DNA from: the human T2T-CHM13v2.0 reference genome, Homo sapiens
Length of the DNA: 64,000 bases
NCBI RefSeq assembly: GCF_009914755.1
Contig: NC_060928.1
Strand: one strand, 5' to 3'
The notes under the pieces are model-generated. The model did not search any database and was not told where the DNA came from. It worked only from the letters and a program-made list of their open reading frames with translations. Position numbers and translations under genes: made by a program. Positions 1 through 11,649 of this stretch are shown here, piece by piece. The stretch's first letter is position 1. Every line of letters begins with the position of its first letter.

Positions 1-239
1 GGTCAACAGAGCGAGATCTTGTTTCTACAACAACAATAAAAAAAGCTAATGTGGTGCTGTATGCCTGTAGTCCCAGCTACTTGGGAGGCTGAAGTAGGAA
101 TACTGCTTCAGACCAGGAGTGAGCTATGATTGTACCACTGCACTCCAGCCTGGGTGACGGAGCAAGACCTCCGTCTCAAATAAATGATAGATAGATAAAT
201 AAATAAATGATAGATAAATAAATAAATACATAAATAAAT
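1..239 (+). mobile_element. Old Alu (AluJ-like), 5' part outside the window, with a TAAA/GATA-derived tail
   Basis: Right-arm motifs cctgtagtcccagctacttgggaggctga and gagctatgattgtaccactgcactccagcctgggtgac; tail at 178-239. Confidence 0.9.
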
Positions 240-862
240 GGCTTCTGCACAGCAAAGGAGGAAACCAAAAAAGTGAAGAGACAATTCACAGAACTGAAGA
301 AAGTGTTTGCAAATTATGCATCTCACAAGGGATTGATAACTAGAATATATGAGGAGGTCAAACAACTTGGTAGGAAATAAATCTGATAATCTGATTTAAA
401 ATGAGCAAAAGATGTCAATAGACATTTGTCAAATGAAGACATACAAATGGCCAACAGGTATATGAAAAATTATCAATATCACTAATCATCAGATAATTCA
501 AATCAAAACTACAGTGAGATATGATCTTACCCCAGTTAGAATGGCTTTTATTCAAAAGAAAGGCAACAACAAATGCTGGTGAGGATGTGAAGAAAGGGGA
601 ACCCTCATATACTGTTGTTAGGGATATAAATTAGTATAGCTACTATGGAGAATGTATGGAGGTTTCTCAAAAAAAAAAATCTAAGAATAGAACTATTACA
701 TGATCCAGCAATCCCACTGCTAAATATATACCCAAAAGAAAGGAAATCAGTATATTGAAGAGATATCTGCATTCCTATGTTTATTACAGCACTATTCACA
801 GTAGTCAAGTTTTAGAACCAACCTAAGTACTCATCAACAGATGAATGAATAAAGAAAATGTG
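240..862 (+). mobile_element. L1M(A)-type LINE, 3' part of ORF2, truncated
   Basis: L1 3' ORF2 motifs gcttctgcacagcaaagg, gatccagcaatcccactgc and tcatcaacagatgaatgaataaagaaaatgtg. Confidence 0.88.
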
Positions 863-864
863 TT

Positions 865-2464
865 TTTTCCCTAAGATATCAGAGTAGAGGCTTTTAATGT
901 GCCTTGGCCACCGAGAAATAGCAAGATAGTGCATAAAGATCAACTCTATGATCTTTAATTAGAGAAGGAAAACAGGCTCCACCAGAATCATAAAGGACAC
1001 CCCAGATACTGGGGAGGAGCCATCTATGACAGACCCAGAGCCGATATCATACTGAGCAGGCAAAAACTGAAAGGATTTTCCTTGGGAACTGGGGCAAGAC
1101 AAGAATACCACTCACACCACTCCTATTGAACACAGTACTCAAAGTGTTAGCTAGAGCAATCAGGAAAGAGAAAGAAACAAAAGGCCTCCAAATAGGGAAG
1201 AAGTTAAACTATCATTTTGGATAATATGATTCTGTACCTACAAGACCCTGAAAACTCTGACAAAACACTCCTGGAACTGATAAGTGACTTCAGTAAAGTT
1301 TTGGGATACAAAGTCAATGTACAAAAATCATTAGCATTTCTACACATCAATACATTCAAGTTAAGGACCAAATCAAGAAAGCAGTCCAACTTACAATAGA
1401 CACACACACACACCCCCCTAGGAATACATTTAACTGAGGAGGTGAAATATCTCTACAAAGAGAACTACAAAACACTGCTGAAAGAAATTATAGATGACAC
1501 AAACAAATGGAAAAACATTCTGTATTAGTCTGTTCTCATGCTGCTAATAAAGACATACAGAAGACTGGATAATTTATAAAGGATAGAGATTTAATAGACT
1601 CACAGTTCCACATGGCTGGGAAGGCCACACAATCATGGTGGAAGGCAACACAGGAGCAAAGTCACATCTTACATGACAGCAGGCAAGACAACATGTGCAG
1701 GGGAACTCCTCTTTATAAAACTATCAGATCTCATGAGACTTATTCATTATCATGAGAACAGAATGGGAAAGGCTTCCCCACCCCCATGATTCAATCATCT
1801 CCCACCGGGTCCCTCTGATAACACATGGGAATTATAGGAGCTACAATTCAAGATTAGATTTGGGTGGGGACACAGCCAAACCATATCACATTCCATGCTT
1901 ATGGATTGGAAGAATTAATACTGTTAAAATGTCCATACTGTCAAAAGCGATCTACAGATTTAATGCTATTCCCATCAAACTTCCAATGCTATTTTTTACA
2001 GGACTAGAAAAAAACCATCGTAAAATTTATATGGAAACAAAAAAGAGCCAAAAGAGTCAAAATAATCCTAATAAAAAGAACAAACCATAAGCATCACATG
2101 ACCCAATTTCAAACTGCAATGTAAGACTAGGGTAAGCAAATCAGCATGACACCAGTACAAAAACAGCCACATAGATCAATGGAGCAGAATTACGAACAAA
2201 GAAATAAAGCCACACACCTACAGACATTTGATCTTTGAAAAAATTGACAAAAATAAACAATGCAGGAAGGATTCCCTACTCAATAAGTGGTACTGGGATA
2301 ACTGGCTAGCCAGATGGAAAGAATGAAACTGGACTCCTATTTTTCACCATATACAAAAATTAAATCAAGATGCATTAAACATTTAAATGTAAGATGTCAA
2401 ATTATAAGAATCCTAGAAGAAAACCTAAGAAACATCATTCTGGACATTAGCCTTGGCAAGTAAT
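865..2464 (+). mobile_element. L1P4/L1PB-age LINE: probable ~155-bp 5' end joined directly to the ORF2 RT region; interrupted by THE1 and truncated at the HERV-L
   Basis: From 1020 the sequence is L1 ORF2 (ccatctatgacagacccagagcc; ORF 1217-1399 [37 protein letters not shown]; after THE1, [32 protein letters not shown]). 865-1019 resembles an L1 5' terminus (less certain). Confidence 0.82.
1521..1888 (-). mobile_element. THE1C/D solo LTR (ERVL-MaLR)
   Basis: Termini tgtattagtc...gccaaaccatatca; perfect 5-bp TSD CATTC at 1516-1520 and 1889-1893; the L1 resumes across it. Confidence 0.93.
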
Positions 2465-2469
2465 ATTTT

Positions 2470-2666
2470 TCCTCAGCCTGCTGACGGCCTCTCAGTTTTG
2501 GAAATCTGAGTCTCCTTACTCCTCAGCCTGCAGACAGCCTATTGGGAGACCTTGTGATCATGTGAGCTAATACTTAATAAACTCCCATATATATATATAT
2601 GTATATATACACATATACCTATATATTCCATTAGATCTGTCCCTCTAGAGAACCCTGGCTAATACA
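2470..2666 (+). repeat. 5' LTR remnant (MLT2A1-like 3' part) with AATAAA and a TA microsatellite
   Basis: ctcctcagcctgcagacagcctatt...taatacttaataaactccc...ctgtccctctagagaaccctggctaataca. Confidence 0.88.
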
Positions 2667-2671
2667 TATTT

Positions 2672-2689
2672 TGGTACCAGGAGCGGTTC
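2672..2689 (+). promoter_or_regulatory. Primer-binding site, tRNA-Leu type
   Basis: tggtaccaggagcgg directly after the LTR; complementary to the 3' end of tRNA-Leu(UAA) (...CCACTCCTGGTACCA) with one mismatch in 15 nt. Confidence 0.85.
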
Positions 2690-2710
2690 TAGACGAAAAG
2701 AATATTAAGG

Positions 2711-4482
2711 ATGGAATTCTTTCATTGGTTTGGGGGTTTCTGGAGTTGGCTGCTTAATATGATTAGACCCCAAAATGCTAAGGATTCTACTTCTAATTGT
2801 ATGGAGAACACTGATAGTCCTGAGAGTGAACTGTTTAGAGAGCTATGCAAAATAAATGCAGTTGACACTCCTGATTCATTGCTCATGAAAGGCAAGGAGT
2901 TTAGTGACTCTGTACATAATACCTTTGACCATATGTGGAGAACCAAGGAACATAATGAGGCTGGTTGGTTGCTCCTAAGTTCAGTGGACAAAGTGAGGAA
3001 AGAAAATGATGAACTCAGTGATTCTATCTCCCAGCTTCCGAAGCAGATACTGAACCTCTGAACCTCAAATCTGCTTAGAGTGCCCTGAGTGAGTCTTATC
3101 TCCTGTAGAGAGAGAGCTAAAACTGTGGAAAAACAGACACAAGCTCTTATCATGCAAGTGGCTGACCTGCAACAAAAGGTGCATGCACAGCCTCACTAGG
3201 TGTCTACTGTTAAAGTGAGGGCATTGATTGGAAAAGAACAGGACCCTGCAACTTGGAATAGGGATGTGTGGGAGGACCCTGATGAAGCTGAGAACACTGA
3301 GTTTGTAAACTCTGATGAACCTTTTTCGCCAGAAGAGACAACTTTCCCATCCCCAGTAGTGGCAACATACCCTTCCTGACCCAGGCTGCCATCAGCCTTT
3401 CCATCTTTGTCTGAGGAGATAAACCCTGCACTGCCTGAGGCAACAGCGGTGGCCTCCCCTGAGGCAGTTACCAGGCAAGATAATGTTGATTCTCTTCAGG
3501 AGCCACCCCAACACCCCTGTTTGCTTCTAGACCTATAACTAGACTAAAGTCCTGGAAGGCCCCTAGAGGGGAAGTTCAGAGTGTGACCCATGAGGAGGTG
3601 CACTACACTTGAAAAGAACTGCTTGAGTTTTCTGATTTATATAAACAGAAATCTGGAGAACAGGCATGGGAATCGATATTAAGGGTATTGGATAATGGTG
3701 GAAGGAACACAGAGTTGGACTAGGCTGAATTTATTGATTTGGGCCCACTAAGTAGGGACACTGAAGTTAATGTTGCAGCTTGGGGAGTTATAAAATGTTC
3801 TAATAGTTTATTGTCTTGGTTAGCTGAAATATGGATTAAAAGATGGCCCACTGTGAGCAAACTGGAAATGGCTGATCTCCCTTGGTTTATTTAATGTAGA
3901 GGAAGGGATCCAAAGGCTCAGGGATATTGGGATGGTGGAGTGGATTAGTCACCTTAGACCTACTCATCCCACCTGGGAGGGTCCAGAAGACATACCCTTG
4001 ACCAGTGCCTTGTGCAATAGATTTGTAAGGGCAGCACCTGCATCTTTGAAGAGCCCTGTAATTGCTCTTCTCTGTATGTCAGATCTAACAGTGAGAACCA
4101 CAGCCACTCCACTACAAAATTTAAATAAATTGGGAATAATTAGATACCAAGGTGGCAGGTGCCAAGTGGCAGCACTCAACTGTCAAAGACAAGGTGGGCT
4201 TAGTTATCGTAATGGATAGCAGAGGCAAAGCAGCAATCAGAATAGTCTGACTTTTCTAGAGCTCTGGCATTGGCTAATAATGGTGTTCCTAGAAGTGAAA
4301 TTGATAGTAAGCCTACAGCATTCCTACTTAATGTATGCAAGCAGAAAACTTCTAGGTTGAATAGACAAAGGAATAATTTGAATTATAAAACAGAGAATCA
4401 TGGCCCCTCAATCAATTTCCAGACTTTATCCAGTTTACAGACCCAGAACCCTTTTAATGAAGGGGAGGCTGGGTCCCCTTAA
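2711..4482 (+). pseudogene. gag: HERV-L gag, disrupted
   Basis: Fragment ORFs 2711-3061, 3932-4219 and 4270-4482 resemble ERV-L Gag. There are stops and frameshifts, e.g. an 8-bp duplication tgaacctc at 3051-3066. Confidence 0.82.
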
Positions 4483-4559
4483 GGAAGGACCCCACTACGT
4501 TACTGACAATTTATGCAATGAATCTTTCTCCCATTCTTCCCCAAGAAGAGCTCTGGCCT

Positions 4560-6632
4560 TTTACCAGGGTAACTGCCCACTGGGGAAAGGGAAATGATCA
4601 GATATCAGATATTTTGGGGACTACTGGACACTGGATCTGAGCTGACATTGATTCCAGGGGACTCAAAACGTCATTGTGGTCCTCCAGTTAAAGTAGGGGC
4701 TTATGGAGGTCAAGTAATTAATGGAGTTTTAGCTCAAGTCTGACTTACAGTGGGTCCAGTAGGTCCCCAGACTCATCCTGTGGTCATTTCCACAGTGCCA
4801 GAACAGAATGCTTAATTGGCATAGACTTTCTTAGCAGCTGGCAGAACCCCCACATTGGCTCCCTGACTGTGGGGTGAGGGCTGTTATGGTGGGAAAGGCC
4901 AAATGAACTTGGCCTTAGGTAGAACTGCCTCAACCTAGAAAAATAGTAAATCAAAAAGAATATCACATCCCTGAGGGATTGTGGAGATTAGTGCCACCAT
5001 CAAGGACTTGAAAGATGCAGGGGTGAATGATTCCCACCATTCAACTCTCCCATTTGGCCTGTGCAGAAGACAGATGCATCTTGGAGAATGACAGTGGATT
5101 ATTGTAAGCTTAATCAAGTGGTGACTCCAATTGCAGCTGCTATACCAGTTGTGGTTTCATTACTTGAGCAAATTAACACATCTCCTGGTACCTTGTATGC
5201 AGCCATTGACTTGGCAAATGCCTTTTTCTCCATTTCTGTCCATAAGACCCACCAGAAGCAATTTGCCTTCAGCTGGCAAGGCCAGCAGTATATTTTCACT
5301 ATCCTACCTCAGGGATATATCAACTCTCCAGCTTTTTGTCAATCTTATTCTGAGAGTCCTTGATCACTTTTCACTTCTGCAAGATATCACACTGTTCCAT
5401 TACATTAATGACATTATGGTGATTGGATCCAGTGAGCAAGAAGTAGCAAACACACTGGACTTATTGGTGAGATATTTGTGTGCCACAAAGATGGGAAATA
5501 AATTCAGGAAACTTCTACCTCAGTAAAATTTCTACAGGTACAGTGGTGTGGGGCCTGTCGAGATATTCCTTCTAAGACAAAGGATAAGTTGCTCCATTTG
5601 GCTCCTTCAACAACCAAGAAAGAGGCACAGTGCCTAGTGTGCCTATTTGGATTTTGGAAGCAACACATTCCTCATTTGGGTATGCTACTCCAGCCCATTT
5701 ATCGAGTGACCTGAAGGCTGCCACTTTTGAATGGGGTCCAGAATAGGAGAAGGGTCTACAACAGGTCCAGGCTGCTGTGAAAGCTTCCCTGCCACTTGGG
5801 CCATATGAACCAGCAGATCCAATGGTGCTTGAGGTGTCAGTAGCAGATAGGGGTGCTGTTTGGAGCCTTTGGCAGGACCCCATAGGTGAACCAGAGCAGA
5901 AGCCTCTAGGATTTTGGAGCAAGGCCCTGCCATCTTCTGCAGATAATTGTTCTCCTTTTGAGACAGCTCTTGGGCTTTTACTGGGCTTTGGTGGAAATTG
6001 AATGTTTGACTATGGGTCATCAAGTCACCATGAGACCTGAACTGCCTATCATGAACTGGGTGCTTTCTGACCCATCTAGCCATAAAGTGGGTCATGCACA
6101 GCAGCAATCCATCATCAAATGGAAGTGATATATACGTGATCAGGCTCGAGTAGGTCCTGAAGGCACAAGTAAGTTACATGAGGAAGTGGCTCAAATGCCC
6201 ACGGTCTCCACTCCTGCAACACTGCCTTCTCTCACCCAGCCTGTACCGACGGCCTCATGGGGAGTTCCGTAATATCAATTGACAGAGGAAGAGAAGACCA
6301 GGGCCTGCTTCAAAGATGGTTCTGTACGATATGCAGACACCACCCAAAAGTGGACAGCTGCAGCACTACAGTCCCTTTCTAGGACATCCCTGAAGGACAG
6401 CAGTGAAGAGAAATCTTCCCAGTGGGCAGAACCTTGAGCAGTGGACCTGGTTGTGCACTTTGCATGGAAGGGGGAATACTGATTCATGGGCTGTAGCCAA
6501 TGGTTTGGCTGAATGGTCCGGGACTTGGGAGAAGCATGATTGGAAAATTGGTCACAAAGAAATTTGGGGAAGAGGTATGCAGATGGACCTCCCTAAGTGG
6601 TTGAAAACTGTAAAGATATTTGTGTCCCATGT
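4560..6632 (+). pseudogene. pol: HERV-L protease, reverse transcriptase and RNase H; disrupted and 3'-truncated
   Basis: LLDTGSELTLIPGD at 4621-4662; WRMTVDY..LN, IDLANAFFSI and LPQGYINSP (ORF 5061-5363); YxDD degraded to YIND at 5401-5412; connection PLGFWSKALP; RNase H DSWAVANGL...VKIFVSHV. Confidence 0.9.
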
Positions 6633-6651
6633 TACCACAACATGGGTCATG

Positions 6652-6787
6652 GGCTCTCCTTGCTCCTCAGCCTGCAGATGGCCTATTGTGGGGACTTGTG
6701 ATTGTGTGAGTTAATACTTAATAACTCCCCTTTATACATATGTCTATTCCATTAGTTCTGTCCCTCTACAGCACCCTGACTAATACA
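6652..6787 (+). repeat. 3' LTR remnant (MLT2A1-like 3' part)
   Basis: Homologous to 2511-2666 and ends cctgactaataca; its poly(A) signal is decayed to aataact. Confidence 0.88.
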
Positions 6788-8904
6788 GTTGGTAAAATGT
6801 ATAACAACAAGGAACAGGTTGCATAACAAAAAGATCCGCCAGTTTCTTCATCAGCACTGTCTATTCTTATATACAAAAGAGACAGTGTGAACTAATATTT
6901 TACTTGAAAAAAGTTTAAAATTTGAAATGTTTTCATAAGAGGTTCATTTATCTTTGGAATTATTTTATTTGTGTTAGGAAAAATAGAACATGTGTGCATA
7001 AAAGTAGAAAAGAAACATATTTGCAAGCCAAAGTACAATCTCTAAATAAATTAAGGAGGACAGAAATAATCAGATATCAATGTCTAACCAGAGGCATCTC
7101 CTTATTCTCATATTAACAGTAACATGTGCTCAAATTTACAATGGCTGATGTTTGAATCTAATCTGCCAGTACCTTTTGGTATATATTCCTTGTTTATGTC
7201 AACTCAAGCCCTTTATCACAGGAAGAACAGAATAATAGAACAGATTCCCAAGGCAGTGCTGAGGTTAATAAAAAATAAGTCATAAATATACAACATGAGG
7301 GAAAAATAAGAACGGCAGGAGCTACTCTAGTATATAAGCTATTGCTTTCTCATTAAAATGTCCTGAAATTTTAAAGATGAAAATTCCTATTGCAAATGCC
7401 TTTTTTTCATTACTAAATAAGGTCTGGTAATTTTACCTTATAAACTGGATTGAAAGGTTCTATGAGTGATCACAGACAGAAACTGTTGTAATGATTACCA
7501 CACTTCTTCTCAGCAGAACCCTGGTGCTACTAAGCGTGATTTTCCTTTCCCTTCACAGTGATAGACGTGTTTTTCTAGCTAATGGAATTAAGGGGGAAGA
7601 ATTGTGAAGGATGTGACACTAATCATCCAGGGAACTGGGGAAAAAAAGAATCGTAGTATTCTTTGCTGCTCAGGGCCATTTTTGCTCACCATGTCTTAAA
7701 TTACATCCATTCTATGATTTACAGGCATCTCGGTTTCATCTAGAGAGCTATCTGGATCAAAACAGTAATATAGCCGTGTTGACAAATGCCACAAAGCCGA
7801 CTTTCTTCTCAGGGACCAACTTGAATTTCTGCTTAGTCGCAAGCAGACCACAAATGAACATGATTAAAATCTCAGAATGATCTTTAATACAAGACTGCCC
7901 ATCTTGGCCACATTGGCTTTCTAAGGGTATTATCTAGTGTTTCACTAGCACACCAGGTTCATGTAACATTCCCCAGTATCCCATGGGGGACATCTTGAAG
8001 AGAGAAGTGTATGATTCACATGCGCAGCTAGGAGATCAAAAGAGTTTTCTGGATATTGAATATTTGGTAAATTCCAAAAATCTGAGACAGAAAGTTGGCC
8101 TTAAGGCTATAAAAAAATACAATTTTGTTCCTCCTCAGCATTATATAATCAAGCATTTGTGTGTGAAATCCAGAAAGCTGCTTAAATTTTAGGTCCCTTG
8201 AAGGGCTAGGAGCTTAGCATTTCCTTCAACTAATATCAAGGGAGGAAGAAAATTGAAGGAGCTATTTTTCCTGTGTCATTATTTGTTTCCAATTAATAGT
8301 CACAGAGATATGAAAAGGGTCATGTAATTTAAGAAGTCCATGGTATAGAGAGTTACTGAAATAATTGCCCAGCTTGGAATCTTCATCAGCTTGTCAGATC
8401 TCTCTCCCTCTACAAGCACTTTCATAGTATACTTTAAGAGACCACTGTGTAACCTTCACAGGCCAAACATCTACCCAGCAGCACATGATTAAACTCTCAA
8501 ACATATATAAAGAGAGCTCTGCTGGATATTCTCCTTTCAACCAGCCAGTATTTCAGGCTTCACAATGTAATTTTTTTTTATAACAGCTTGCATTATAAGA
8601 AAAAGGCTGTATAACTGGAGGAATAACCAGAAGTAGTTGAAGAAAGTGAATATTGCAAACTGCATTTCTTCCTGGAACTAGTAGCAATTCAAAATTTAGT
8701 AATGTTTGTTGCAAATTTACATGAGTTCCAAAGTACTTACCTTGATCAAAAGTACAGGTTAAAGTCTAGCCCCAAAGATGATATTGTTGAGTATTATTTC
8801 TTATGTGATGTAAGGAGATGAAAGAAGTTGCTTTCTTATAATTATAATAACTTATAAGTATTAATAAGTACTTGTAGTGCAGGTAGGAATAGCATAGTAC
8901 TCAG

Positions 8905-9160
8905 TGTAATCTATAATAGAGTGGTTAATCACAGATACTGGAGTCTGACTCTCTGAATTCAAATCTCAGCTTTTTAATTTTTACTAGCTACCTGACTTTG
9001 GGGAAGGCATTTCACCTCTCCAAGGCTTAGGTTCTTTATCTTTAAAATGATAATAGCAGTATTTTAAAAATTAGGTACAGGATATTGTGGGAGATCAAGT
9101 CTTGTAAAGGATTTTAGACAATACCTCTCAAGTTGTAAGTGCTTAACAATCGCTACTATT
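8905..9160 (+). mobile_element. MIR SINE
   Basis: gtggttaa...ctggagtctgac...gaattcaaatctcagct...tgactttggggaaggcatttcacctctc, matching the MIR core. Confidence 0.75.
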
Positions 9161-9227
9161 GTTTTTGATAGCTTAATCACTATCTCCATTGTTCTTTGGA
9201 TATAAAAATGTTTAAAAATGTTATTTA

Positions 9228-9545
9228 GGCCTGGCACAGTGGCTCACGCCTGTAATCCCAGCACTTTGGGAGGCCGAGGTGGGCGGATCCCGAGGTCAGG
9301 AGATCGAGACCATCCTGGCTAACACGGTGAAACCCCATCTCTACTAAAAATACAAAAAATTAGCTGGGCGAGGTGGTGGGCGCCTGTAGTCCCAGCTACT
9401 CGGGAGGCTGAGGCAAGAGAATGGCGTGAACCCCGGGGGGCGGAGCCTGCAGTGAGCCCAGATCACGCTACTGCACTCCAGCCTGGGCGTCAGAGCAAGA
9501 CTCAGTCTCAAAAAAAAAAAAAAGAAAGAAAGAAAGAAAAAAAAA
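9228..9545 (+). mobile_element. AluY, AluYe5-like
   Basis: AluY diagnostics (gagatcgagaccatcctggctaacacggtg, aatggcgtgaacc) plus gggcgAggtgg and ccccggggggcggagcctgcag; A/GAAA tail; flanking repeat gttattta. Confidence 0.92.
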
Positions 9546-11649
9546 GTTATTTAAAAAAATAGATCCTTTGAATTGGTTTTCTTTTTTTTTTTTTTAGTGA
9601 GGGCGTCATCCAAAACCATGAAAAGCTAACATTGACATCAGCTTTGGGTAAACAGGGCTACATCACAGAATGTTTTGTAAGGATGTTTAGCTTTTATTGT
9701 GAAGGCAACTGGAGTTTATTGAAGAGCTTTGAGCGAGGAAGTTTTAAGATATTAGGCTGTGAGAGAGGAATTTCAGGGCTGTGGCAAGGAAATTAGTTAG
9801 TCACAACCATAGAGAAAGGGTTAACAGGCAGCTGCTATGAGTTCTTTGGATTCTAAGGTTATCAGAGGTTGGATCTTTAACACGCAAATCAAATTAAGTG
9901 CAAGAGGAAAACTTGCAAATTGATGGTTAGGTAAATCTTTGTAATCATGATTGCTTATTATCTAAGTATTCATTTTTAAGTCAATTTTTCTATTCTGAAG
10001 TTTTTTTTGTTTTTTAAATGTTTAGGATGACATTAGAAATCTAAGCAAACAAAATGTGACTTTCTTTCTGGACTACATCAATTAACAAACATCAAATTTG
10101 CTATTGTTTTCACCAAACCATCTAAAACTGAAATTGCAGAGATATCTCATAATTGATCACATGTATTTAGTATTTTATTTTTGCAATCACAACACTCTCT
10201 CAAGGTTGTCATTAAATATTTTTTATTTTAAAGAGCAAACTCAGTTGCAAGAAATATTAAAAAACTTTTCAGAAAAAATATATTAATCATATTGAAGGCA
10301 AGGGGGACTAATGACCAGTGGCAGAAGCATGTGACCGGTGATAGTTTTATAACAAGGTAAGAAAAATAAATTTTCCTTATTAAGGGAATTTTGCTAAAAT
10401 AATCACATAAAGGTGATAAGCTTCAGTTTCAATTTCACTTCTGGCATGTGTGTACCACTTTAAAGAAAATAAAGGCATCCATAAACTTTGTCCTGGTTTC
10501 TGGCAATGGGTGGCTTTAATGATTCATAGAATATTTAGGGGTGAACGTAAATACATTGAAAAAAGTTATGTTACTTGTGGAATGCATATATACATATGTG
10601 TGGCATAAAGCTGTATGATTACAACAGATTTAGGATAAATTTATTCAGATAGAATTTGAATGAGGGGGCAAGCATGGCAATGGCTTCTGAGCAACTGTTG
10701 AGAACTGTGTTTTTGTTTCACTGTTGGAGAAAAGAAATGAGAACTGGAAAAACTTATAACCTGTAAAATTTAAAACTGAATCAATTGAATTACCTGAGCC
10801 TAGATTTTACCTGGGGCTTGTTTAACTTGAGATTGAAATCGTAATTAAAAAACAAACAGACAATAAACTCATCATTCCCTTACCTTTCATTTGTGTGGAT
10901 GCTCCCTTTTGTTTAAGCATGCTCAAATCTTGATGAGTTTTTAGGACGAAGAAACTTGAAAGTCTCTGGGAAATTAATATCAACAGCACAAAGAAATCAT
11001 CACAGAGCCTTTGGAATTGACCGCAGGATGAAAACTTCTTAGTTTTAGAATTTCTTGAGAGAATTTTCCTGCCAAAATATAAACAATAAGTTGTTTTAAT
11101 TAAGGTATAATATGTTCTTATAGTTAGTGAGAGAAGAGCTATATTTTTCTTCAGCAACCAATAAAACTACAAAAAGTATTTCAGATGTAACATAAAAAAT
11201 TGTACACTATAATACATTGGATTTATCTAAAACAGAGCAATGATTTGAAATAACATATCCTTGAGACAGCGTAATAATTTTGTTTTTATACATTTGGGGA
11301 ATAATGATAATTTTTAAAGGAGGCCAGTATTTTAATGTGTCTGAAATTAGATCTTGCAATGGTCAACAGTCAATGATGATGTACAGGTCTCCTACTTTTG
11401 CACATAGGGAGAAATGCAGGGCTACTCATCTGACCATTATTACATTAAATGGAAGTGTGGACTTGATTTATGAAGTCTAAGAGCTCCTTTTATCTTCCCT
11501 CCCTCCCTTTCCTCATTCCTTCTTGCATACATTTTTAAACTGTTGCCTACTTAGAAAAAAATCTTAGTGGATTCTTTTTAAATTGATTTTTCTATTATGA
11601 ACAGTATACTAAGCAATTTTAACTTTATCCTATAGCCAATGATATCATT

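Larger units (their letters stand above)
2470..6787 (+). mobile_element. HERV-L provirus with MLT2A1-type LTRs; both LTRs lack their 5' portion and the integrase/dUTPase region is deleted
   Basis: LTR remnants 2470-2666 and ~6652-6787 both end ...ctaataca. Between them lie a PBS, gag, a protease DTG motif, RT and RNase H homology. Confidence 0.93.

Noticed and set aside
2711-6632. Functional or domesticated gag/pol gene
   Set aside because: Many stops and frameshifts, catalytic YxDD changed to YIND, and no integrase.
2470-6787. HERV-L as an L1-mobilised processed copy
   Set aside because: The 3' LTR runs to the normal ...aataca end with no poly(A) tail, and the junctions carry templated filler typical of DNA-level deletions.
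7724-7880. Plus-strand coding exon after tgatttacag
   Set aside because: The polypyrimidine tract is weak, the ~51-codon open frame resembles no protein I recognise, and no partner exons are evident.
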